From the NCBI GenBank assembly GCA_049999805.1, contig JBNGIO010006249.1:137079-195588 (forward strand): a stretch of 58,510 bases of DNA, given 5' to 3'. Below are positions 14,101 through 24,548 of this stretch, one piece after another. Below the pieces are notes generated by a model, which was not told the DNA's origin, ran no database searches, and was given only the letters and a program-made list of their open reading frames with translations. Position 1 is the first letter of the stretch; each line of letters starts with the position of its first letter. Position numbers and translations under genes: made by a program. Source of the stretch: Folioceros fuciformis. Taxonomy: Eukaryota.

Positions 14101-14637
14101 GTGATGTGTCATTTGTTCGTGTAAGTTTTATAGATTGGGGACTGATCAATTGTGTTGTTTTCTCTACTTCAGGATGCCTCGTTACTTGCAGAGCAGGATG
14201 TGGACGCCCTGCAGAGAGAGCTGGAGAAGGTCAAGAGGAAGCATGGGACAGAAATGGCGACGATGCAACAGCGTCTGCTGGAAGCCAGGTTGCAGAGATC
14301 CCAAGTTTGTCAAATGTGTGTCATGGCAGAGCGTGTGAAATTCGAGTTCACTGAAGTAGACGAGGCGACGGCACAGGAAGAGATGCAAGCAGAGCAAAGG
14401 GCAGCAGCTTTAGAGGCTAACCGGCAGGCAGCATCCAGAGACTCCACCGTGAGGGGTCAATCGCCCATCCAGCCCACTATAAGTGATGACTGGGATTACC
14501 AGTCCCCACCAAGAGAATATGACCCAGCTTCCGAGCCCCAGTACAACTACTATCTGAATGACTACGAGAAGAGATGGCCTGAGAACCCGAGCGGGCCACA
14601 GGAGGTCGACTTCTTCTCTGGGGATTTGAAATACTGA
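5164..14637 (+). CDS. Kinesin-12 family motor (PAKRP/KIN12A-B-like), multi-exon, including a ~4.9 kb exon (~7729-12597)
   Basis: Spliced motor motifs [61 protein letters not shown] and [13 protein letters not shown] are present. Kinesin-12 tail motifs ([60 protein letters not shown]) follow. Introns are GT-AG. Confidence 0.95.
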
Positions 14638-14857
14638 CCGACCAGTTTGTCCCGTTTCTGCAGCTTCCTTGACGTCTGCAGTTGTAGCATATCTACCCAT
14701 TCTTTGTTCATTAATTGCTTCGTGATAGTCGTGTATATTGTGATCGTGGCTGTGGTCCGTAGGACGCCGAGTCTTGTATACGCGTACAGCTATGTAATGC
14801 ACTCGGTAGTATTTGCAATAAAATGAAAGAGCGACTAGCTCTCGGTAGCACAAAGCT

Positions 14858-16043
14858 ATGATCCTTTCGGCTTCCGGCAGCAGGCTGGTCTTCTATTCTC
14901 CCAGGGCGCTTACCTATGCTGCAGTTTTCCGACAGGACACGTCCCACTTGCGAATTTTGCCGTCAGGGTGCAGGCAGAGAAGTTTGGCTTGGTCTTCTGA
15001 ATTTGGAGGAGGTAGCTGGACAGCAGACTCCGATTCGGAAGCAGGCAAGCAAGGCCAGCTCTGGAGATGTTTGGAACATCACTCTTTGGGCTTTTAAATC
15101 TTGCCTCAAGATGATTGTGCGTTGCAGGAAGTTATTTTGATGCGTACCTTGGGGATGTGCATTTCATCGAGGAAGAGGAGGAGCCTCCAGTTTACGTGCC
15201 TCCTCCTCCCATAGCCTCTGAAGGTGAGAGAGAGCTTGGGTCTTGCACAAGTATAGGGCGAGTGGTGAACAGGGTAAACCTCACTTGGATGGACGCTGTG
15301 TAGATGTGGCGATGAGGGACCACGTGGAGGTCCTGCTGTATACGTTGAAGGAACTGGTTCCAGGCCCTATGTTGAAATCCGGAGAGGAGAAGCAGCGATG
15401 CAGTGAAGCGTTAGGGCTGGTCAGTGAGGTGGTAGAATTTCAAGATCCCTTCTTCTGTTTCCGTGGGATTGAAAGGTCTTTTCCCAGTTCCTTGGAAGCA
15501 TTGCCATGCAGCTCTTTGCTTGCCTTTGCTCCGCTGTCACCATTATTCCGTGTCTCACTGTGATATTCGTCTTTTGCAGCCTGGAAAATTTTGTAACGGT
15601 GCTTGCTGAAAGTGGTGCTGCTATTGAGCTGCACGAAATCTACTACGAGAGTCTTGTGAGCCATCGCTGTAAGTCAGTCAAGTCCGTCCCATCTTGCTTC
15701 AGTGCATCTGGACTTGGAACCTGACAAATGGCCGTCGAACTCGCTTGCAGTTAAGCGCTGGGTGTACTGCGTGTTTACCGTGGAACTTGTGCAAGACCTT
15801 GAGGATGCTTTGCACAGGCTGGGACTAGTGGGATGGTGGAACGAGACGCAGTCTGCATTGAGTAAAGACGGTGGAGAAAACGAAGAAAACCAGGGAATCA
15901 AGAAGGAGGACGCACCGGTAGAGACCATCCCCCTTGAACGGAGAGTCTCCGACAAGTTGGCTAAAGCAAACACTGCCCTGAAAGTGTCCGGAGAATTGAA
16001 GCTGGAGATGGACCAGAAGGGCAAGGTTGTCATGATTGTCTGA
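14858..16043 (+). CDS. Hypothetical multi-exon protein, start uncertain
   Basis: Short ORF segments are bounded by splice-like sites (SYFDAYLGDVHFIEEEEEPP; DVAMRDHVEVLLYTLKELV; LENFVTVLAESG; ELVQDLEDALHRLGLVGWW...GKVVMIV*). No family recognised. Confidence 0.5.
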
Positions 16044-16364
16044 AGCTTGCCTTCTTGTGCAATTATAGAATGAACATGCGTTGGTGACTTTCATGTTTCC
16101 TGGATACAGGTGGTGAACGTGATGGGCACATGGTATTCTATGGAAGACCAACCGGCTGAACAATTTTCAGCAGCGAAGCTCTGGCTGTCTGCCATCTTCT
16201 CCCGTCCTAGGTCAGGACAACAAGACGAACTCAAATCACGCAGTTCGGAAGATGGTTGAACTTTCCGCTTTATCCTGAATGGGTTGGAACCAGATTAACG
16301 GGGCTGAGAGCTACATCTACCTGCGACTGGAACTCGAATCTCTGCAAAAAAAAGGACTATATGC

Positions 16365-18075
16365 CTAGATGCTCTTGAATACATCCCTGGCAGTAGCAAG
16401 CGTGAACTTAACATCTTCATCCGTGTGGGCGAGGCTGGTGAAGCCCGCCTCATATTGGGAAGGAGCAAGGTAAACCCCCCTTTCCAGCATGCCTCGGTGG
16501 AACTTGGCGAACTTAGCAGTGTCACTCTTCTTAGCATCCTCGAAGCAGTAGACAGGTCCTTCAGTGAAGAAGAGCCCAAACATGCCGCTGATGTGTCCTC
16601 CGCACACGGCATGCCCGGCCTCCCTCGCAGCCTGCAGCAGCCCTTGAATCAGCTTCTTGGTGATCTCATCCAGATAAGCATACGTTCCAGGCTGCTTCAA
16701 TCTCTGCAGTGTCTTGATCCCAGCAGTCATAGCCAGAGGGTTCCCACTCAACGTCCCTGCCTGGTACATGGGCCCGGCAGGAGCCACCAGCTCCATGATA
16801 TCCCGCCGTCCGCCATAAGCTCCCACCGGCAGCCCACCTCCGATGATTTTCCCCAAGGTGGTGACATCCGGTGTTACCCCGAAGTACTCCTGGGCTCCCC
16901 CGTACGCGATCCTGAATCCAGTCATGACCTCATCAAAGACCAGCAGAGCTCCTTCCTCCTTGGTCACCTCCCTCAGCCCCTGCAGAAACTCCAGCTTGGG
17001 GACGATGAACCCTGCATTGCCCACCACCGGCTCGAGAATGACGGCAGCAACCTGACCCTTGTTTTGGGCGAAGAGCTCCTTCACGGCATCCAGGTCGTTG
17101 TAGGCAGCAGTCAGTGTATTCTCTGTCGCAGTCTTGGGCACTCCGGGCGAGTCCGGAAGGCCCAGAGTGGCCACTCCACTCCCAGCTTTCACCAGGAAGG
17201 CATCTGCGTGGCCATGGTAGCAGCCCTCAAACTTGATGATCTTCTCACGCTTCGTGTATGCCCGAACCAGACGGAGCATCCCCATACATGCCTCCGTCCC
17301 AGAGTTGACGAAGCGTACCATCTCCACACTGGGTACAGCCTCGATCACTAGCTCCGCCAGCTGGTTCTCCAGAACACAGGGGGCCCCGAAGCTGGTGCCC
17401 TTTTGCAAGGCTTCCACCAGAGCTGCGTTCACCTGCAGGATTTGCCCGTCACAAGCTGAGGTCAACCTGCCACAGGGAGACGAGAAGAAGGAGAAGCCTC
17501 TTTCTGTGTGTCTCTACGTACCTTGTCATCTGCGTGGCCGATGATGGAAGGGCCCCATGTCCCGACATAGTCCACATACTCGTTGCCATCGATGTCCCAG
17601 GCGTGGGAGCCCTTCACTCTGTCGAAGACAATGGGCTGTCCTCCTACAGACTTGAAGGCTCTCACAGGAGAGTTCACACCTCCGGGCATCAACTCCTGCC
17701 ACAGCAAGTCAACGTTTTAGACAACAAGCACAGGGAGAGATCGTGCCCAGCACATTGCACTCTGGAATGCTTGGCTCAAGAAATCGCAAATGAGCTGAGC
17801 TCATATGGGCTCAGAAACAACACTTTCAGCATGGGAAGGCAGGGAAGAAGACTGAGCAGTGGGTGAATGGATACCTTGGCAGCCTGGAAAATCTCCTCGG
17901 ATTTTTGCGTCACAAACTTCTTCTCCACCGACACCGCCATGCGGATCCCGGCTACTCTGCTGGGCCGCGCTCGCGTGCCGCCAGGCCTGCTAGTAGGTGC
18001 ATCCGCCTGCTTCAGCCCGCACCATTCCGCCTGCAGTGCTTGTGCTGCCAACCCGCGACCCGCCATGGCAGCCAT
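16365..18075 (-). CDS. GSA: Glutamate-1-semialdehyde 2,1-aminomutase, chloroplastic; exons 18075-17875, 17695-17522, 17432-16365
   Basis: Transit-peptide-like N-terminus; motifs [40 protein letters not shown] (PLP lysine) and [11 protein letters not shown]; canonical splice sites. Confidence 0.98.
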
Positions 18076-18386
18076 TCTCGATCGATAGACGCCGCCACGC
18101 GCACAGGATCCGCAGGGGCAAAAATCTGCAAAGAGGAAATCTGCAGAGAGGCAAAATCTCGGGAGACGGAATCGAGTCTTATCCGAAAGCTAAAGTCCGC
18201 GTATTGGCCAGAGGCAATGCGGTACTTTTGAGCCAGAGCTTTATCTTGGGAATTCTGCAATTTGTGCAGAGTGATCACATTACCAACATTGTTCGTTTTG
18301 GTGGTTGTGAGGGCTTTCGTCCTTTGCGACTTGTTGCTGAAACTAGTCCAAGAATCGGCTGTTGGAAAAGACACATCGGCGAGGGC

Positions 18387-20669
18387 TCACTGCCTGAAGC
18401 CTGTCTCCTTCAGGAAGTCAGACAACTGTTTGAGCGATCTGTACAGGGCTGCTTGTTGCGGATGCCTGTGATCTCCGACCACAAAAGTGTGCACCTCCTG
18501 GTCGATTACTATCCAGGTCTGGCCAGGAGATTTACATGCACCTGCACTCTTTCTCAGGTTTTCTACTTTTCCAGCACACTCCCACAGGCCAGCTTGGGCG
18601 TAGAGGTTTGACATCATTACATAAGCTGCAGGGTGTGCTGAGTCTAAGTGGACACAGGCCTGGAATGCTTGCTCTCCCAGTGACACATTGCCGTGCTTTC
18701 GACATGCATTTAGGAGACACAACCAGAGTGATGAATCAGGCTGCATTGGCATTTGGGCAAGAAGGTCCGTTGCCTTGCTGAAGAGTCCTGCACGGCTAAC
18801 AAGGTCGAGGACGTAAGAGAAGTGCTCCAGCTCTGGAGGGATGTTGTGGTCGGTTGACATGCTTTCAAAGAACGCAAGCCCTTGCTCCACCATCCCAGCT
18901 TGGCTGTATGCAGAGAGGAGCGCAAGACATGTGACTCTGTCGGGTTGGATGCCTGTCAGACACATGTTCTTGTAGCATTGGATGCTGGCCTCGCATTCTC
19001 CTGATTGGGCATAGCCAGCAATGAGGGCAGTCCATGCCACGACGTCGGGATTCTCCATTGAGGTGAAAACATTGCGCGCATCCACCATGCTCCCACATCT
19101 ACTGTAGGCCCGGAGTAAGCTTGTTGCCACGAACAGGCTGCACTCATGTTCAGTTTGCAGGATGGTTTGGTGCACATGCACACAGACTTCCAAGGCTCCT
19201 GTTGTGCCGCATGCTTCGAGGACAGAAACGTATGTTGTGTCATCCGCTCGCAGTCCTGCAGCTTGCATCCTGGCATATAGTTGCAGGGCCTTCTCACCAC
19301 CCTGGTCCTGCTGTGAGTATGCAGCGATCATGCAAGCCCACGACACCTGACTGCGCTGGGGAACGCTCTCAAACACCTGTTCCGCATCTCTGATGCTGCC
19401 GCACTTGACGTACAGGCTGACCAAAGAGCTATTAACAAACATGTTCTTGTCGAATCCCAGCTTTGCAGCTTCTGAATGGATTTTCCTTACCTTGTGCAGT
19501 GACCCTACCTTGACGTGTCGTCCATCCAAAAGCGAAGTTGGCTCATTTGTAGCAACCGTCACACATGCTTGGAGTGCACTCACAAAGACCATTCCATCTG
19601 GCCTGACCCCAACATCATTCATCTGCTGATACACATGCAACGCCTTGTCGCCTTGATTTTGCAGAGTGTATGCACCCATGACTGCAGTCCATGACACCAC
19701 GTCACGTTTAACCAAACCATTGAACAGCTCTTCTGCATCATTGATGCTGCCACACTTTGAATACATACTCAGTAATGAATTAGCAACAACTGTTTGTGAT
19801 CCAAACCCACTCACGGTAGCGGCAGCATGTAGTTCTTTCCCCTTCTGAAGAGACTCAATTTTGACATAATGCCCATCCAGCAGGGCACTCTCCTCCTTGT
19901 CTGCAAGCGAGCCACAGGCTTGAACAGCGCTTGCGAATGTCCAGGCATCTGGCCTCCCCACTTCCTCCAGCATTGCCCTGAAGATTTGCAGAGCTTTCTC
20001 TCCATGCTCCTGTTGAGAATACGCAGCGAGAATTGCGTTCCATGACACAACATCACGCTTAGACAATCCATCAAACACGTGTTGTGCATCCAAAATACTC
20101 CCACACTTCGCATACATGCTCACCAAAGTGCTCCCGACGAACGCATCTGAGTCAAGCCCATGCTTCCGACATTGAGCATGAATCCGCTTGCCTTCTTGCA
20201 GGTTACACAACCTACTGCATACCTTCAGCAAGCTGACAAACGTGTAGCTATTGGGTTGAACTCCTTCCTGTTGCATCTGCTCATAGCTTAAGAGAGCCTC
20301 CCGATATCGTCCAGAGTCACTGTACCCTGAAATGACGGCTGTCCAAGAGAGAACACTTCGGTGCGATATCCTTTGAAACACGTCCAGACCCTCGGCGACG
20401 CTCCCACAGGTGATCAGAGTAGTAACCACAAGGTCGCCCAAGCTTTCGTGCGATTCCAGACCATGCCTCTTCAAATGAGAAAGCACCCGCTTGGCCTCAG
20501 GGTGGGCCTTCTTCCTGATGCAGGCCTGCAAGAGGTGCTTGCAAGTGCGCACTGAAGGGACAGAACCCTGCTGATCCAAGTGTTGCAGGACGACGAGGGC
20601 CTTGTCCAGCCGTCCCTCCCTGCATAGCCTCTCAACATCCCTTGCAGTACAAGATGTTGCTAGTGTCCT
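18387..20669 (-). CDS. PLS-class pentatricopeptide repeat protein with E/E+ C-terminus and no DYW domain; 5' exon(s) probably upstream to ~21050
   Basis: Repeated MYAKCGS...A..VFD....DVVSW motifs; E/E+ region MPMQPD..LWLCLL.ACRKHGN...PGQTWI...HTFVVGD..HP; the frame extends upstream to a CAG acceptor near 20670. Confidence 0.95.
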   Translation of the reverse strand, partial: RTLATSCTARDVERLCREGRLDKALVVLQHLDQQGSVPSVRTCKHLLQACIRKKAHPEAKRVLSHLKRHGLESHESLGDLVVTTLITCGSVAEGLDVFQRISHRSVLSWTAVISGYSDSGRYREALLSYEQMQQEGVQPNSYTFVSLLKVCSRLCNLQEGKRIHAQCRKHGLDSDAFVGSTLVSMYAKCGSILDAQHVFDGLSKRDVVSWNAILAAYSQQEHGEKALQIFRAMLEEVGRPDAWTFASAVQACGSLADKEESALLDGHYVKIESLQKGKELHAAATVSGFGSQTVVANSLLSMYSKCGSINDAEELFNGLVKRDVVSWTAVMGAYTLQNQGDKALHVYQQMNDVGVRPDGMVFVSALQACVTVATNEPTSLLDGRHVKVGSLHKVRKIHSEAAKLGFDKNMFVNSSLVSLYVKCGSIRDAEQVFESVPQRSQVSWACMIAAYSQQDQGGEKALQLYARMQAAGLRADDTTYVSVLEACGTTGALEVCVHVHQTILQTEHECSLFVATSLLRAYSRCGSMVDARNVFTSMENPDVVAWTALIAGYAQSGECEASIQCYKNMCLTGIQPDRVTCLALLSAYSQAGMVEQGLAFFESMSTDHNIPPELEHFSYVLDLVSRAGLFSKATDLLAQMPMQPDSSLWLCLLNACRKHGNVSLGEQAFQACVHLDSAHPAAYVMMSNLYAQAGLWECAGKVENLRKSAGACKSPGQTWIVIDQEVHTFVVGDHRHPQQAALYRSLKQLSDFLKETGFRQ

Positions 20670-21909
20670 GCTGGAAGCAACATGATGAGTGAGCCCTCCG
20701 TAAGGACCATAATCCTTCCAGCCATATCCGACAGGGTTTTCTCACTCACCGCTCCTTGTCCCAACTTCCAAATGCAGGGCCGGCGGCTTGATTGCATTGC
20801 AGAGACAAAACGACGCTCTTCCGCCTGACGTGAAGGTTCAGTGGACTTGTCTGCTGGCAACAGAAGAAAGCTGCAGGCCACACAGTTGCCTGCATCTCTC
20901 AGAGGCGTCAAATGTGGGAACGCAAAGTGAGGATTTAAACGTTCATCCTTCAGCAGCCACCTCATTTTTCCACCACAGCATGGTTTCCGATGCGAGACTT
21001 GCATTAGAGGGACAGGATGACAAGCGACGGTCTGACCTAAGATCCATGAGCTTCACGAGAACCCTGCCTGTGAATTCCAGCCAGCAGCCCGATATCAGGG
21101 TTTGACACTGCAGGAATGGAGAGGCAGCCACAGACTAATGGCAGGCCGGAAAGAGGCCCAACCAGTCAAGGCAGACCCTGACACACACGGTATCATTCAA
21201 CAAGGACGGCCAAAGACGGACAACTTCACTCAGCAACCAGGTTGCACACTCGAGGACCAAAGGAGATGCAATCCAGCTTCATAGGCTCAAAACAAATCGC
21301 TTAACATTGCAGTATCTTGAAGATCTCTCGAGAAAACAAGAGGCTGTTTCATTGCGCCTGACGCCAAATAATTTTTGGGCACCTAAGGATGGTCCACACC
21401 GGCTTCAACATTGGAAGCAAATTGAGTTCAATAATCGGCGGTCTTATAACTTTGACGGATTCCCTTCCTCGCTGAACACCTTCTTCTGTCATATAACACT
21501 TAGCTTCCTTAGCCTACGTCCTGAGTTGGCGTTTGCTGTCTATCCATCAACAATGCGGGGAAGGAGGCCGGGGCTCGCAGCGTGAGGCTTGCAGAAGCCG
21601 CGGCTTGTCGTTTTCAAGTTTCCACGTGCCGTATCTGCTTCCACTTGCCGACGACGCAGGAAGGCAAGGGCCGCCTTCAAGGTCTGTCTCTCACCCTCTC
21701 GATCAAACGCGGAACAACAGTGAGGGATAACAAAAAAGATCCGTACACGGTGCTCAACGCGAGCAGCTAATGCTATGCCGAATGCAACCACAAAAGTTCC
21801 AATTTGCTGATCAGTAGCACTGCAGGCCTCTAGCACTCGTCGCCCTGAATGCACCGAATCTCCACTGTCTCTGCTGCGGCCTCACCAGCTTGCTACCCCT
21901 GCTACCCCT

Positions 21910-23554
21910 CTACTCCCCTTCCACGTACAGACCACGAATGAGGTTGATTGCCCGCGATGTCCACAAGCTACATTCCTCCTCGTTCCACATCCACACCTCG
22001 TCTTCCAGGCGCAAACCCCTTCGCCTGCAATACAGGCACACCGCCGTCAAGGCCCTATGCAATCGGTATGCATCACGTAGATAGTCGGTGCACTGCAGGC
22101 TGGAACGATAGGCTCTGTCCCTCGCGTCTTCCAACTCCTGCGCAGACAAGTCTTAAGTCAAGCTATGCGACACAAACATTGACATATTCACCTCTCACAC
22201 TCGATTTGCCGTACCCCGGTGAGCAATGAAACCCTGTGCAAGTTCGGCTCTTCCGGAACATTGTTCCTTTCAAACTGTGGTCCCCGAGTCCTGTACTCAC
22301 CACCGTCGTCGTCATGCACACTGTGGGAATATGGCTCGACCAAACCTGCAGGTTGCTCCACTTCGTCGAAGTCCATTGCCCAAATGTGGTCCCTGTTTGC
22401 TGATATCCTTTCTCTCCTACTCTGCAAATTCCAAATGCGAATGAATCTTGCAAGCTCCTTCCTCATAGTCGGCATGAACGCTGCATGCAAAGAATGGACA
22501 TGCCATGGATTCCTTGTGTCCAGCTCGTTGCTCTCTTGTAAATCTTGCATATGGCCCTTGTACAGAAACCCCCACCTCTCTTTGAGTAACCTCCAGATCA
22601 TCTGCAGCATACCAACACACTCGTGCCCAGCGGCTTATCATCATCTACAAGTTTCCACGGTTTGCAACTTCTGCCTCCCCAACACACCTCACTTGCCTAC
22701 ACAACGGGAAGCTCCATTTCCTTGTCACGTTAGTACTTTCCTCCTTACCTCATTCTGCACGGCCCCCTGATGACGTTGCTCCATGGTCTCGGCCTGACGA
22801 AGTCTGCCTCCACCAGGTTGTACTCGGTTGCAAAGTTAGGCTGGATGCGCTGAGGGTGACCAAACCTGTGCATGGTCCCTAGGTAAGCATTATAAATCGT
22901 CTCTGCACTCTTGTTGTCCGATAGCACCACCCACGTCACGTAGTGGGTGGTGCTATCCATGGCTACATGTACCCACATATTGAACATATTCATCTCCTCG
23001 TAGGCTGCAGCCGGAGCCACGGTCAGCGACCATCTATCAGCTCAAACTCTCATTCTTGCACGCAATAGCCATTATCATTGGCACTCACATTCCATGTGCC
23101 ACATCACCCGTCGTCTTGTACGCATTGCCATTGCATCCGGTTGCAAGGCATGCAAGGCAGCCGAGATTTTCCGCCTTGGCACGATGAACCCCGCATCGAG
23201 CAATGCAGCCTTCACGAATTCCACCCCCCATGTCACCCCATGCCTGGTGATGGGAATGTGCTCTAGTACGAGGGAAGCCACTGCCTCCACCGTCAACTGC
23301 TGCCCAGCATATGCACCAGTCCACCCTGGACAAGCGGGTAGCCATCTCCTCAACGTCCTTGCTGAACAGCCGAGCTCTGTAGCCAAGTCCTTCATTGTCC
23401 TTCTGGCTTGCCTTGTCCCCAAAGCAATTTCTTGCAATGTGGCCAAAGGGAGTGGGCATCCTTGCCGTCGATGCCTCCTCTCCCCTCCCCACTCACCCTC
23501 CACACTCTCTTCATTGGACTCCACCGATTCCTCCGCTCCTATCAAGGGCTCCAT
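21910..23554 (-). mobile_element. Decayed, intron-containing DDE transposase gene related to the IS3/IS481 integrase core (IS3EU-like)
   Basis: N-terminal HTH (TMKDLATELGCSARTLRRWL), then WHME|SYEEMNMFNMWVHVAMDS..LSDNKSAETI..FGHPQRIQPNFATEY..VQNE|MIWRLL..LHAAFMPTMRKELARFIRIWN. This follows the recalled consensus WHxDG..IHGxIDG..NNxAxTV..YGxPxRVRSDxGxEN..SVHNQRIERLW..LHYVFLP....L..F...WN. Predicted introns 23088-23005 and 22748-22602; frameshift near 22765. Confidence 0.7.
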
Positions 23555-23956
23555 TTTATTCCTCCCTCTCCCTCTCCCTCTCCCTCCCACGACACACTCC
23601 TTCCCCTCTGCCGTACGCAACCTCCGCACCGCCCCCCCGCTATCGTCGCGCGTACTTTGGCAGCCAACGACCCACCCTCGCTCTCGTGGTTGTCTTGACG
23701 GCTACGAGCTGCTGCACAATGGATGGGATGCAGCGCTGTGCTCGGGTCCGGGTACTTGAGTCTCGCGCCTGCTAGCATTTGTGTGCGCGTTCCGTTCATT
23801 CCAATCAGAGATTCGGAAATTTCCATCCCATTTTGTGAGCACTATCGTTGGCCTGCGATCCCAACTGCCCCCCCCTTCGACTGGGGGGAAGTGTCCCGAC
23901 AACTGTCGTTTGGCCGACTGTCGGAATTTGTGCTTTACAGTTCTTGTTTTCCACTA

Positions 23957-24028
23957 CAGCCCGAGCTTGCTGGTCAGCCCGAGCTTGCTGGTCAGCCCGA
24001 GTTTGCTGGATAGCCCGAGCTTGCTGGT
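23957..24028. repeat. 18-bp tandem repeat, about 4 copies (cagcccgagcttgctggt)
   Basis: Directly visible in the sequence. Confidence 0.9.
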
Positions 24029-24548
24029 TCGCAATGTGAGTCTATGAGAAGACGGGTACACGTCCCTGGCTCCTAGCAACGGGAGAACTGGTGAAGGACA
24101 GGTATCCATCTCCACACGCAGGTGCGCTACTCCATCGCCGTGGTCTAACCATCAAGAGCTCGCGATCGGGAGCGTGGTCAGTGAAAATGCGTGACTGGTA
24201 CGCAACTGTGCAGGGCAGACCGGACTCTGCATCCAGCACGAGGTAAACTCGAAGGCTTGCACTGGCACCAATCTGCGGATACTGCTAGTTGCTCTAGCCA
24301 AACTGTCACATCAATCGCACTCCCAACAGCTTCTACGAACGGTCAGAAGAGTACGTGTGTGTGGAGTTGGGCTGTAGGATTTGAAATTCTTGTGGAGTTT
24401 CGGTTTGAAGTGATGCAAGAAGTGTGGAATATATGGATATCTCGAAAATCATCTGCTTTCCAGGAGATGGTGTCAGCTCTGCCCCGGCTCCGATAACTAT
24501 GTTCCCTCTCGTGTAGGGCCATATAGTTTTGCCGTGTTTGCAGACTTC

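Noticed and set aside
16425-17351. 308-aa plus-strand ORF
   Set aside because: Antisense shadow of the GC-rich GSA exon; the same applies to the many ORFs opposite kinesin, PPR and AARE
21740-23850. Candidate terminal inverted repeat pair sharing 'gtgctca'
   Set aside because: The match is only ~7 bp with no flanking target-site duplication, which is expected by chance
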